Part shown: one piece after another, positions 1 through 10,400 of the stretch
Layout: each line of letters begins with the position of its first letter
How positions within the stretch are numbered: the stretch's first letter is position 1
Origin: Rebecca billardiae RCC1528
Lineage: Eukaryota > Protista > Haptophyta
Assembly (NCBI GenBank): GCA_965240325.2
Contig: OZ251243.1
Span: 186,001-250,000 of the forward strand
Direction: 5' to 3'
Length of the DNA stretch: 64,000 bases
The notes under the pieces: model-generated
Told to the model about the DNA's origin: nothing
The model's input: only the letters and a program-made list of their open reading frames with translations
The model's database searches: none
Program-made: the position numbers and the translations under genes

Positions 1-1750
1 ACCCTCTGTCTCCAATCAGTACTTCGACAGACGAATCAGGGACGGTAATTTTCTCTCGTCTGAAGCCTGCATATTTAAAACACGAAGCCGGTCGAAGCGG
101 CACGAAGCCGGTTCTGCCGCGGGGCGGCGGATCGCGCAGGCCGCGCGAGCAACGATCCCCGCCGTCTACGCCTTCATGCGAGGCGCGAGAGCGGCCGATG
201 CGGATGGTGGAGTCTCTGCCTCCGCGTAGAAGACACCTGACCCTGTCCGCCCCGCTGACCAGGAGCCGCGCGGCAGCCGGCGCAACGGCGGCGCGGCGGT
301 GGCGCCAACCGAATACCGGGCTGCGCCGGCTCGGCTGCGAGTTCGCCATCTTCCACGAAGACACGAACGCGAGACAGCTGGCATGATGATGAGGAGGGCG
401 AAGATGATGTCTTGTTCCGATACGCCTCTCGCGGATTGGATCATGCTCAGCATGGTTACGTGCTCGGGCGCAAGCGCATCCAGTCCCTGCTGAGGCTGTA
501 AGGTTCCGGCAGCAAGCGGACGAGGTGGGGCGGTGCGAGCGCGATGCTGAGGCGAGCGGCAGAGCCCCTTCCAACTCGGATGCCATCAGAAGCTGCCTGC
601 GCGCCCGCGACGTCGAAGACTCAGCGGACAACCGGGCCACGGTAGTGGTAGCGCGGGTGAGATCCAGCCACGCCCCGGAGGCTGTTGGCGGGCAGACCGT
701 GCGCGGCGCGGCTGCGCGGCTGCGATGCCACTTCTCGCTGGCTCGCGGCTACAGTCGGCTGCGTGGACTGATCCTAGTAGCGGGTGTGTGTGGAGGGCTA
801 GCCCGCCCGCGGTGGTGGTGGTAGCGCGTGTGACATCACAGCCGCGCCCAGGGCTGTCGAGTGCCGGCGGGCCAGGCGATCGCATGCTATTGCTGCGCGG
901 CTGCGACACTGCTGGCTCGCGGCCACAATTGGCCGCTGACAAGGGCGCGCGAGGGCTGGTTTCAATACTAGCAGCGGTTTGCGCGTGCGTGCGCGCGGAG
1001 CCTCTGCGCCTTTGCGCCGCAGGGCTCGGCTCAAGCCGGTGGTGAGGGTAGCGCGGGTGAGATCACAGCCGCGCCCAGTGGCTCAGCTCGGCTGGCGCGC
1101 GGCGGCGCCGAGCCGTGCGACGCTGCTCGGTGTCAGGCTGCACTCACGGCCGGAATCGGCCGCCGGCGAGGGCGCACGAGGGCCCAATAGACACGCCCCG
1201 GCCCAGGCACGCCCCGGTCTGCCTCAAGCTGCTGATGGTCTGCCTCCAGGTGCTGCACCAGCTCGGCGGGCTGCGGCCGCGCGGCGGCGCCGAGAGCGGC
1301 TACGCGGGGACGGGGACGGGGAGCCGGCGGTGATGGCGGGAGCTGGGACAAACGAGCGGGCACGCAAGCTCACGAGCGGGCCACGCCGGGGCGGGCGCGC
1401 GACCACGAGCGGGCCATGCAGGGGCGGGCCAGGGGCGGCGGGCGCCGGCACGGCGGTGGCGGGAACCGGGACCGCCATTTTTTGCTCTTGCAGGCGCGCG
1501 TGGCGCTGGTCCGGGCGTTCGCTGCTCGGTCCGGCAGCCCGCTTCTGCGCGCTTCAGAACGGCTTCAGCCGGGGCTGAAGCCGTATGTGGGCAAAGACGA
1601 GATGAGACAGCCTCACACCTTGAAAACTTATGCCAGCTTCTTGTTTTCTATATGTGTACGAAGTGTATACAGGAGAGCTGCGCCCTCGTGCCTGTGTCTT
1701 TAAATCATAGAATTGGTCCGCTCTCGCTTCCAACCGGCCTTCGATCGGGC

Positions 1751-2947
1751 ATGCCATGGCAGCAGGTCGCCAGCGGCGTGGCGTGCTTGCTCGCTGCGCT
1801 GCTGTGCCTCGGCACGTGGCCATCGCTCCTCGAGCTCAGCGCGCGTCGTGGGCGCAACGCTGCGCTGGCGTTCGCCGACTACGTCAGCGCCTACTTCGGG
1901 CTGACGCTCGTCGTGGGCGCGCTGTGCGCGCGAGACGAGCTGCGCGCGCTCAGACGTGAGAGCGCACCGCTCGTGGCGGCTGCGCTCGGCGGCGGCGCGT
2001 GCCTGATGCTGGGCAACCTCTCGATGCAGCGCGCCGTCCGCGCAGGCGTGCCGCTCGGCGTGACGCTGCCGCTGCAGGCCTCGCTCACTGTGACGCTCGG
2101 CACGTGCGCCAACTACGCCCTGCAGCCGGCGCTCAACGAGCCAGCGCTGCTGCTCGCGGGCGTGCTCGCGTTCCTCGGCGCGATCTGGCTCTCGGCGCGC
2201 GCGCACGTGCTGCACGAGCGTGACGCGCGCGCGCGAGACGCGCGCGCCGCCACGCAGATGGCGCTGATCGACGCGCCGGCCACAGCTGCCGCGCGGCGTG
2301 GGCCGCGCGCCGGCGCGGCGCCGGCGTCGGACGCCGCGCCCCTCTTCGGCGCGGAGAAGCGGGCGGGCCCGCCGACGCCAGCGCGCGGCTCGGCCGCGTG
2401 CGGCCTCGCCATCGCCGCGGCTGGCGGCGTCGCGTTCGGCGCCTTCTCGCCGCTGTTCAACGTGGCGACCCACGACCAGCTCGACTGGCTGCGGCCGGGC
2501 GCGCGGCCGCTTGGGCTGTGGAGCGCCAACGTTTGCTTCGGCGCGGGCGTCGCGGCGTCGGCCGCGCTGGCGCACGCGCGCGCGCTGTGCGAGCACGCGC
2601 GCTCATCGGCGCTGCGCGGCGGGGCCCCGCTCCCCGCGTCCGACAGCCCAGCGCGCACGCCGTCGGCGCTCGCGCTGTGCGCGGGCCTGATCTGCGCCGC
2701 CGGCAACGCGCTCCAGTTTGCAGGCGGCATGCGCGCCGGCTTTGCGAGCGCGGACATCGTGCAGGCGTTCCCGCTCGTGGGCACGGTGTGGGCCACGCAG
2801 CTGCTCGGCGAGTTCCGAGGCGCGGCGCGCGCCACCGTGCGCGCCCTCGTTGGCGCGCACGCGGCGTACGCGCTCGCCGTCGTGCTCGTGGCCGCGAGCG
2901 CGCTGCTGGCACCATCTGCCGCCGTCCATCAGGCTCCGCCGTCGTGA
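1751..2947 (+). CDS. Ureide permease (UPS)-like DMT-superfamily transporter
   Basis: ATG at 1751 within ORF 1652..2947. The N-terminus LLCLGTWPSLLELSARRGR...FADY resembles the plant ureide permease start (LGTWP...ERRGR...DY). The C-terminal GNALQFAGG...GFASADIVQAFPLVGTVW...LLGEFR matches the UPS family end. About 10 hydrophobic segments. Confidence 0.8.
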   Translation: MPWQQVASGVACLLAALLCLGTWPSLLELSARRGRNAALAFADYVSAYFGLTLVVGALCARDELRALRRESAPLVAAALGGGACLMLGNLSMQRAVRAGVPLGVTLPLQASLTVTLGTCANYALQPALNEPALLLAGVLAFLGAIWLSARAHVLHERDARARDARAATQMALIDAPATAAARRGPRAGAAPASDAAPLFGAEKRAGPPTPARGSAACGLAIAAAGGVAFGAFSPLFNVATHDQLDWLRPGARPLGLWSANVCFGAGVAASAALAHARALCEHARSSALRGGAPLPASDSPARTPSALALCAGLICAAGNALQFAGGMRAGFASADIVQAFPLVGTVWATQLLGEFRGAARATVRALVGAHAAYALAVVLVAASALLAPSAAVHQAPPS

Positions 2948-3308
2948 CGCAACCCACTGTCAACGGTGACCAGTCACTACCGCCCAGCGGCGGTGATGGC
3001 AGCGGACAGCAGTATACGACGTATATGTATGACTCGCCGCCAGCGAGCGGCAATCATAATATACGATGGCATATCTGACGATGTCTTGACGATTGTTGAT
3101 GACGACGATGAGCGCATGGACGGCGTCGAATTCGACAATAAATCAATAATTCGTCCATTGTCGAATTTCAGTTGATGATGGAGATTGCGATCTGCGATCA
3201 CGTATCGGTCCGTTTCCTACGCGAAACTTGGGCCTGTGGCGCGAATCTGAGATTCTTGCGCGCCAAGCGTCGCGCGTGGCCCTGCTCACCACCACCGGCC
3301 TGCTCCTG

Positions 3309-4319
3309 ATGGCGCGCGTGAGTGCGCCGGCCCCGGTGGACCCCGAGCTCTTCGGCGTGCAGCCCGCTGGGTTCGACCCGAAGCGCAACCAGCGCTTCGC
3401 GTACGCCACGCTCGAGGCGCGCTTCGCCGCGGAGCTCACCGCCGTGCGCGAGCTGCTGTCCGCGGACGGCGTCGACCCGTCCGACCCGGGCGCGCCCGCC
3501 GAGTGGGGCGACGCGCACCTGCTGCGGTACGTGCTCGGGTTCGGCAGCGCGGAGGCGGCCGCCGAGGCATTCAAGCGCTCGCGCGAGTGGATGCGCGAGC
3601 ACGACGGTGACCAGCGCCGCGCGCAGTACGCGGCGGGCGCGCCGCTCGAGTTTGCTCGGCTCACGCTGATGCGCCAGCTCGCGCCGATGCAGCGGATCGG
3701 CGAGGACCACCACGGCTGCCCGGTGATCGTGTACTACCTGGGGCAGCTCAAGCCGCGCCAGCTGATGGCGCACTTCTCCTTCGACGACGTGCGCGCCTTC
3801 AACATGATGGCGACCGAGCGCACGTACTGCGGGCTGATGGCGCGCTCCACCGCCGCGCGCTGCCTCAAGCGCAGCGTGGTCGTGCTCGACCTGGGCGGCG
3901 TCGGGCTGAACATGCTCGCGCCGCGCGCGCTCGCGAACCTGCGCGCGATCGTCTCCGAGCTCACCACCGTGTACATCGAGATGGTCGACCGCGTCTTCTT
4001 CGTGCGCATGCCGATCGCCGCATGGGTGCAGTCGATGGCGCTCTCGTTCGCGCCCGCGCGCTCGCACCACAAGTTCCAGTTCCTCGGCAACGACTTCGCG
4101 GAGGAGCTCGCGCAGTACGTGCCGCGCGAGCGGCTGCCCGAGGCGCTGCTCACGGGGGTGCCGCCCGCAGGCGGCTGGGGCCTCGAGGACGGCGACGTGG
4201 ACACCGCGCTCGCGGCCGTGCCCGCTCCCGCCGGCCGCGCCGAGCCGGCCGCGGCGGACGACGAGGACGAGGACGCCGCATTCGCCGACGCGGCCGAAGC
4301 CCCGGCGGCGGTGCGCTGA
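3309..4319 (+). CDS. CRAL-TRIO (Sec14-like) lipid-binding protein
   Basis: Motifs DAHLLRYV (CRAL-TRIO N), DHHGCPV, VVVLDLGGV, YIEMVDRVFFVRMP, K-F-Q-F-LG and ERLPEALLTG; acidic C-terminal tail. First ATG at 3309. Confidence 0.85.
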   Translation: MARVSAPAPVDPELFGVQPAGFDPKRNQRFAYATLEARFAAELTAVRELLSADGVDPSDPGAPAEWGDAHLLRYVLGFGSAEAAAEAFKRSREWMREHDGDQRRAQYAAGAPLEFARLTLMRQLAPMQRIGEDHHGCPVIVYYLGQLKPRQLMAHFSFDDVRAFNMMATERTYCGLMARSTAARCLKRSVVVLDLGGVGLNMLAPRALANLRAIVSELTTVYIEMVDRVFFVRMPIAAWVQSMALSFAPARSHHKFQFLGNDFAEELAQYVPRERLPEALLTGVPPAGGWGLEDGDVDTALAAVPAPAGRAEPAAADDEDEDAAFADAAEAPAAVR

Positions 4320-5031
4320 GCAATCGCGCGATGGGAGTGCGGGACGTGCGCGTCGGCATCGAGGCGCTTTCGGTAGAGTAGTCGTGGCAGTCCGCCAGCG
4401 CGGGGCGCGCGTCACGGAGAGTTCAGAGGCGTGATGTGATGGCGGCCGATCGCCTATCGCGCCATGCGCCTGCGAGTGTGCCACGCCGCCGGCGCCGTGT
4501 TATACGACGAAGCCTGCTGACACTGCTAGCTCAGCGCGCAGCACGTACCAGTCGCCGTAGTCGTCGTCATCATATCAGGTGCCGGCGGCGGCGGCGCGCT
4601 ATATCCGAGCGCGCGGCGCTGGAGTTGGCAGCTGGGCACGGTCCCGGATCCGGCAGTCCGCAGTGCCCGGGCGGCCCGCCCGAAGGCCCTGGCACGGCCA
4701 GACTGATTGCTCGCGCAGCACAGCGTTACGACTGCGCTATATATATATATACTGCGCAATGAAGCGGCTACTCTGAAATGACCGAGGACGCGAAGCGCGC
4801 GAGCGCCCAAGGAGCACCCTTAGCGAATGGCGGGCGACAACCGTACGAACGAACGTGCGTCCGGACGCAGCCGCTCCCTAGGGCTAGGCGCGGCTGCGGC
4901 CCCGGGGCGCTCTTTCAGCCGCGCGCCCTCCCGCCGCCGTGGGTTTGCGCCACAAGCCCGGTGCTCAGCCCGGCCAGCAGCGCCGTGCCGCCGCCGCTGT
5001 AACACCCGGCCGCACCGCGCGGCGCGCGCGG

Positions 5032-5651
5032 CTACTGCTGCGGCTGCGGCGCGCCTCCGCCCTCCGCGTCCGTGTCCTCGCGCGGCGGCGGCGGCGGCGC
5101 GCGCATCTGGCGCAGCCGCGCGCGCACGCGCGGCAGCGCCCACCACGCGAGCACGAGGCCGGCGGGCTCGAGCACGCACAGCGCGAGCGCGAGCGCCGCG
5201 CCCCACGCGCCGAGCATCGGCCGGAGCGCGGCGCTCGGCACCGCGTCCGCGCCCACGATGACGAGGACGGCGAGGGCTGCGCTCAGCGTGAGCAGCCCGG
5301 CCCACAGCAGCGGCGGGCGCGCACGCCTCGGCGGCGGCGTGCACGCCCACCTCCGCCCGACGTGCTTCTTCTCCAGCCGGCCGGTGGCCGCCATCTCGCG
5401 CGCGTGCTGCCTCCCGTACCACTCGACCAGCTCGGCCTCGTCCACGCGCCAGTCGCCCGACGCGTCCAGCGCGCGCACGAGCGCGCGCGTCTCGAACTGC
5501 GTGAGCGGGTCTCCCAGCTCGGTCATCAGCGTGGACAGGGTGCGCTCATCCAGCAGCGCGTCGTCCGCCGAGTCGAAGGAGTCGAAGATGGTGCGCAGCG
5601 CGCGCAGCTCGCGCGCGTGCAGCGCGGACACGGAGACGCGCCGCCGCGCGC

Positions 5652-5682
<31 letters not shown>

Positions 5683-7391
5683 GCTGAGCCGGCGCGCGCC
5701 CTCGACGCTGCGCCGGCGCGCAGATGAGCGCGCGCGGCGCACCGCGCCGCGCGCGCGCGCGCCGAGCGGCGCGCGCGGCGGCGAGGGCGCGCGCGGCGGC
5801 GAGGGCGGCGGCGAGGCGGGCGGCGCGCGCGCCGCGCCGCCCTCCGCCTCCTCCGCCTCCGCCACCTCCGGCAGGCGCGGCGGCGGCGAGCGCGCCGCGG
5901 CCGGCGGCGGCGGCGCCATCCGCGTGCGCCGCGCGCCCGGCGCGCGCGCGGACGCGCCGCCGCCGCTGGGCACGCGGCCGGCGCGCTCCGGCGTCACGCG
6001 GCCGTACGCGCGCGTCGGCGCGGCGAGCGCGGCGGCGGCGCCGACGCGCGGCGGCGTGAGCGGCGGCGGCGTCCCGCTCACCGCGCCGACGGCCGGCGTC
6101 TGCGCGGCGGGCGCAGCACCGTCGGCGCGCGCGGGCGGCGGCATGCGCGTGCGCGCCGGCGAGCGCGCCGGCGACGGCGCAAAGGACGCGGCCGAGGCCG
6201 GCGGCGCGGCGCGCGCCGGCGAGACCGGCGTCGCGACTGGCCCCGCAAACCGCGCGCCGCCGCCGCCGGCCGGCGGCGGCGCGACCAGCCGCGGCGGCGC
6301 GCCCTGCCGCGCTGCGCCGCCGGCCGGCACCGAGCGCGCAGGCACGGAGGGCGGGCGCGGCAGGATGAGCGGCGCGCGCGGCGGCGCGGCAGCGGGCGCG
6401 GCGCCGCCGGCCGGCGAGGCCGCGACGGCGGCGGGCGCGACGCGCGGCATGAGCGCCGGCGCGCTCGTTGGCGGCGGCGTGCGCAGCAGCGCGCCGCGCT
6501 GCGCCGGCGGCAGCCGCGTCGGCGTCACCCGATCGCACCCGCCGTGCGTCGAGCCGCTGCCGAGGCTGCCGTGCGTGCGGACGGCCGGCGATGCGTGTGG
6601 GAGGCTGCCGCCGCCGTGCGCGCCGACGCGCGGCGATGCGGGCGCGGTGGAGAGGTCGGTGAAGCCGGCGCAGGGCTCGGCGCGCTCGGAGCCCCAGAGC
6701 AGCGAGCTCACGCTGCTGCCGCTCGAGCGGCGCGAGAGAGCGCGCACCGGCCGCGCGGCGGCGGCGGCCGCGGCGGCGGCGGCGGCGAGGCAGCAGCCGT
6801 CGCCGCCACCGCCGCCATCGGCGTCGGCGTCGGCGGCACCACGCGCACTCAGCGCCGGCGGCGCGACGCGGCCGCGTCGCCCCTCCGCCTCCGCGCCCAA
6901 CCTCGACGGCGCGGACGCGGTCGACTGCCGCCGTCGCTGCTGCTGCGCGGCCGAGCCGTCGGCACCGCCGGCGGGCGGCGGCGCGGCGGCAAAGGTGGCG
7001 GCGGCGCGCAGCGTGCGCTGCTGCTGCTGCTGCTGCTGCTGCTGCGCCATCGAACTCTCGAGGCGGAGCGCAAAGCTCGCCGTCGGCGCGATCGCGCGCG
7101 CCGCGCGATTCGCCGCCTTCGCCGCCCTCGCCGCCGCGGCCTCGGCCGCGCCGGCGGCGGCGGGCGCGGCGGCGCTCGCGGCCGCGGCGCTCTCCGCCGC
7201 TGCCCCGACGGCGCGCCGCAGCGCCTCCAGGTCCGCCTCGAGGATGCGGACGATGGTGTCGCGCAGTGCGCGGTACAGCCGCACGGTGGGCGGCGGCGGC
7301 TCGCGCGAGGAGGCGAGCGCGCCGCGCAGCAGCCGCGCGCACGCGAGCGCCGCGACGCCCGCCACCGCGATCAGCGCGGCGGCGCCGCCCA

Positions 7392-7425
<34 letters not shown>

Positions 7426-10400
7426 TGACAGGGCGCGCGGCTGCCCTGGCGGCGTGAAGAGCTGAAGCGCCACGGCGAGCATGAAAAAGAGCGCGGCGAA
7501 GACGGACTGCACGAGCAGCGCGCGCTGCGCCGGCTGCTCCGCGGGGGTGAGCAGCACCGCGAGCAGCGAGTGCTCGTCGGCGAGCAGCGAGCCCAGCCCG
7601 CCCGCAATCTCGTCGCACGAGATTGCGGCCGGCCGCGGCCGCGGCTGCCGCGCCGAGCGCGCCCGCCGCGCGGGCGAGTGTTCGAGCGGCGGCGGCTCGG
7701 CCTCGGCGCCCTCGGGCTCGACGCGGGCGAGCCCCGGCGCCGAGCCCTCGCTGCGCGCGTCCTCCTCCGCCTCCTCCTCCGACCCCGAGTCGGCGGCGCT
7801 CACGCCGGCGCCGCCGCCGCCGAGGCTCGGGCGCGCGCGCGGCGAGGGCGCGCCGCCCACGCGCGCGCGCGCGCCGTCGGCGAGCGCGGCGCCGCGCGGC
7901 GTCGGCGCGTGCTGAGCGCCGCCGTCGGGCTCGACGCGCGCCAGCCCCGGCGCCGAGCCCTCGCTGCGCGCGTCCTCCTCCGGCTCGGCGCCGGCGCCGC
8001 CGCCGCCGCCGCGCTCGGCGGCGCCGCCAAGCCGCTCAGCGAGCGCGCGCGCCGTCAGCTGGCGCGGCGCGCCCTCCGGCGCAAAGGTGACCGAGGACGA
8101 TTCTCTCGGGGGGGCCTCCGCCTCGGCGCGCGGCGCGGCGTCGTGGGGCAGCGCGCGCGAGAGCGACGCGGCGGAGTGCAGCCGCGTGAGCACGAACGAG
8201 CGCCTCGCCTCCGCCTTCTCCACCACCGCGCGCGAGTGCCGGCCGCGCACCGAGCCCTCCGCCGCGGCCGTTGCGCCCGCGCTCGCGCGCTCGGCGCGGT
8301 ACCAGCGCGCGTGCCGCCGCCTCGCGCGCGCGTCCATCAGCGACGCGAGGGCGAGGAGCGCGCCGTTGAGCCCGACGAGCAGGTACACGAGCCGCGGCAC
8401 CGTGCGCGCGGCGAGCGAGACGACCACGTCGAACGCCACCTGCGCGATGCCCGGACTCACTCCGTCCGGACTCGCGGCGGCGAGCGCGGTGCCGGCGCCG
8501 CCGCCGTCGCCGCCGCCCGCGTCGCCGCCGCCCGTCGGCGGCGGCTCGCCCACGCCGGCGAACTCGGTGAGGTGCGTGCACGCGCAGTACAGCAGCGGCA
8601 GCTGGGCGAGCGGCGCGTTCGCGCCCACCTCCGCCGCGTCCTCCGGCGGCGCCACCGCCTCGCACCCGTCCGCCCGCCACGCCGCCGCCCGCAGATCCCA
8701 GTAGCGGCACTCGGCGGCGGAGCGGACGGCGGCGGCGCTCAGGCCGGCGCGCGGCGGCACGGCGATCAGCAGCGGCTGCGGCAGGGCGGAGATCGCGATC
8801 TCGTCGCCGCCCGCCGCGCGCAGCGACACGGTGAACACGTGCGTGAGCACCTCGCTCCCCGCGCCGTCCGCCAGCACCAGCCCGCCGTCCTCGCCGCCCG
8901 ACGCGCCGTCCGTGCGCGTGCGCAGGTCGCGCGCGACCGAGCTGAGCACAACGTCGACGCCTGCGGCGAGCGAGAGGTTGCCCAGGAAGGCGAGCACGTC
9001 GGCGCGGACGAGCAGCCCGCCGTGCGCGTCGAGCGCGGGGATCCACCGCCCGCTGATCAGCTCGGCCGCCTCCACGCGCACCGCGCTCACGTTGAGCGAC
9101 AGTCCGGGCAGCTGCACCGCCGCCTCGCCCGGCACGGCGCCGGCGAGCGCGGCCGCGCCGAGCGCGCCGAGCGCCGCCGCGGTCGCGTCGGCGAGCGCGT
9201 CGGCCTGCGCGTCGGAGAGCGGCGCCGGGTCGACGCCGAGCGCCACGTCGATCGCGCCCGCGAGCGCGGGCGCCGCGCCGGGCGCCGCGCCCACCGCCGC
9301 CACCGCAGCCGCGAGCCGCGCCGCATGCTCGAGCGCCTCGATCGCCGCGCCGCCGCCGAGCGAGATGGGCGCGCGCAGCACGGCCGCGAGCGAAGCCGCC
9401 GCCTGCGCGAGGCTCGAGGGCGTGCGCGGCGTGACCTCCGCCGCGCCGATCGAGAGCTCGAGCAGCGCGTCGCGCGCCGCCGCCAGCTCGGCCTCGCTCA
9501 GCCGGCCGCCGACCGCGAGCAGCGGCGGCGGCGACGGCGGCGGCGGCGGCGGCGGCATCGGCGCGCCGGCGCCGCCAGTGCCGCCGCCGCCGCCGCCGCT
9601 CGCGCCGCCGCCGCCGCCGCTCCCGTAGGAGTCGCTCACGAGCCAGACGAGCACGTCGAGCAGCCGGTACGCCTGTTCCGCGTCGCCGGCGTCGACGGCG
9701 GCGCGCGCCCGCTCGAGCAGCGAGGCGAGCGCCGCGGACGCGTCGTCGAGCTGCGCGGGCGGCAGCACGCGCGCGGCCGCGTCCGCGCTCGCCACCGCCG
9801 CCCACGCGTCCTGCACCGCCACGCGCACCGTCAGGTTGGCCGCGGGCAGCAGCACGCCGTAGAGGAACGGGCTGAGGCCCGCTGTGCGCAGCGCCACGCT
9901 CGTCGACGCGCCGCCCTCGGCGGCCGAGTAGCCAAACGCGTAACGCAGCGGCAGGTCCTCCGCGTCGTCCGCCCAGCCGGGCGCGCTCAGCTCGAAGAGC
10001 GTCGACAGAGCGACCCCCTCCGGCGGCTGCACGCGCAGCCCGCCGCCAAACGGCGGGCGGTTCATCACCACGAGCACCGAGCTGAGCGCGGGCTGGTCGG
10101 CGCCGCTCACCGTCAGCTCGAACACGTACGTCGCGCCCGGCGCGAGCGCGCCCGAGCGGAACGCGAGGCTCGGCCCCGCCGCGCCGGTCGTCGTGACGGC
10201 CGCGTCGTCATGCAGGTCGACGGCCGCGTCGGCGAGCGCGCCGCCCGCGCCGACGAGCATCGCGCGCCACGCGTAGCTGTACGTGAGCACGCCGCGCGCG
10301 GCGAGCCGCGCGGACGCCTCGTCCAGCGCGGTCGAGAGGACCAGCCTGTGCTCGGGCAGCTCGAAGGTCGGGCTGTACTTGGGCCGAGCCAGCGGCGCGA

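Noticed and set aside
166-1600. Possible small genes or a terminal exon (e.g. CLKLLMVCLQVLHQLGG, 1220-1333)
   Set aside because: No recognisable domain or coherent exon chain could be built.
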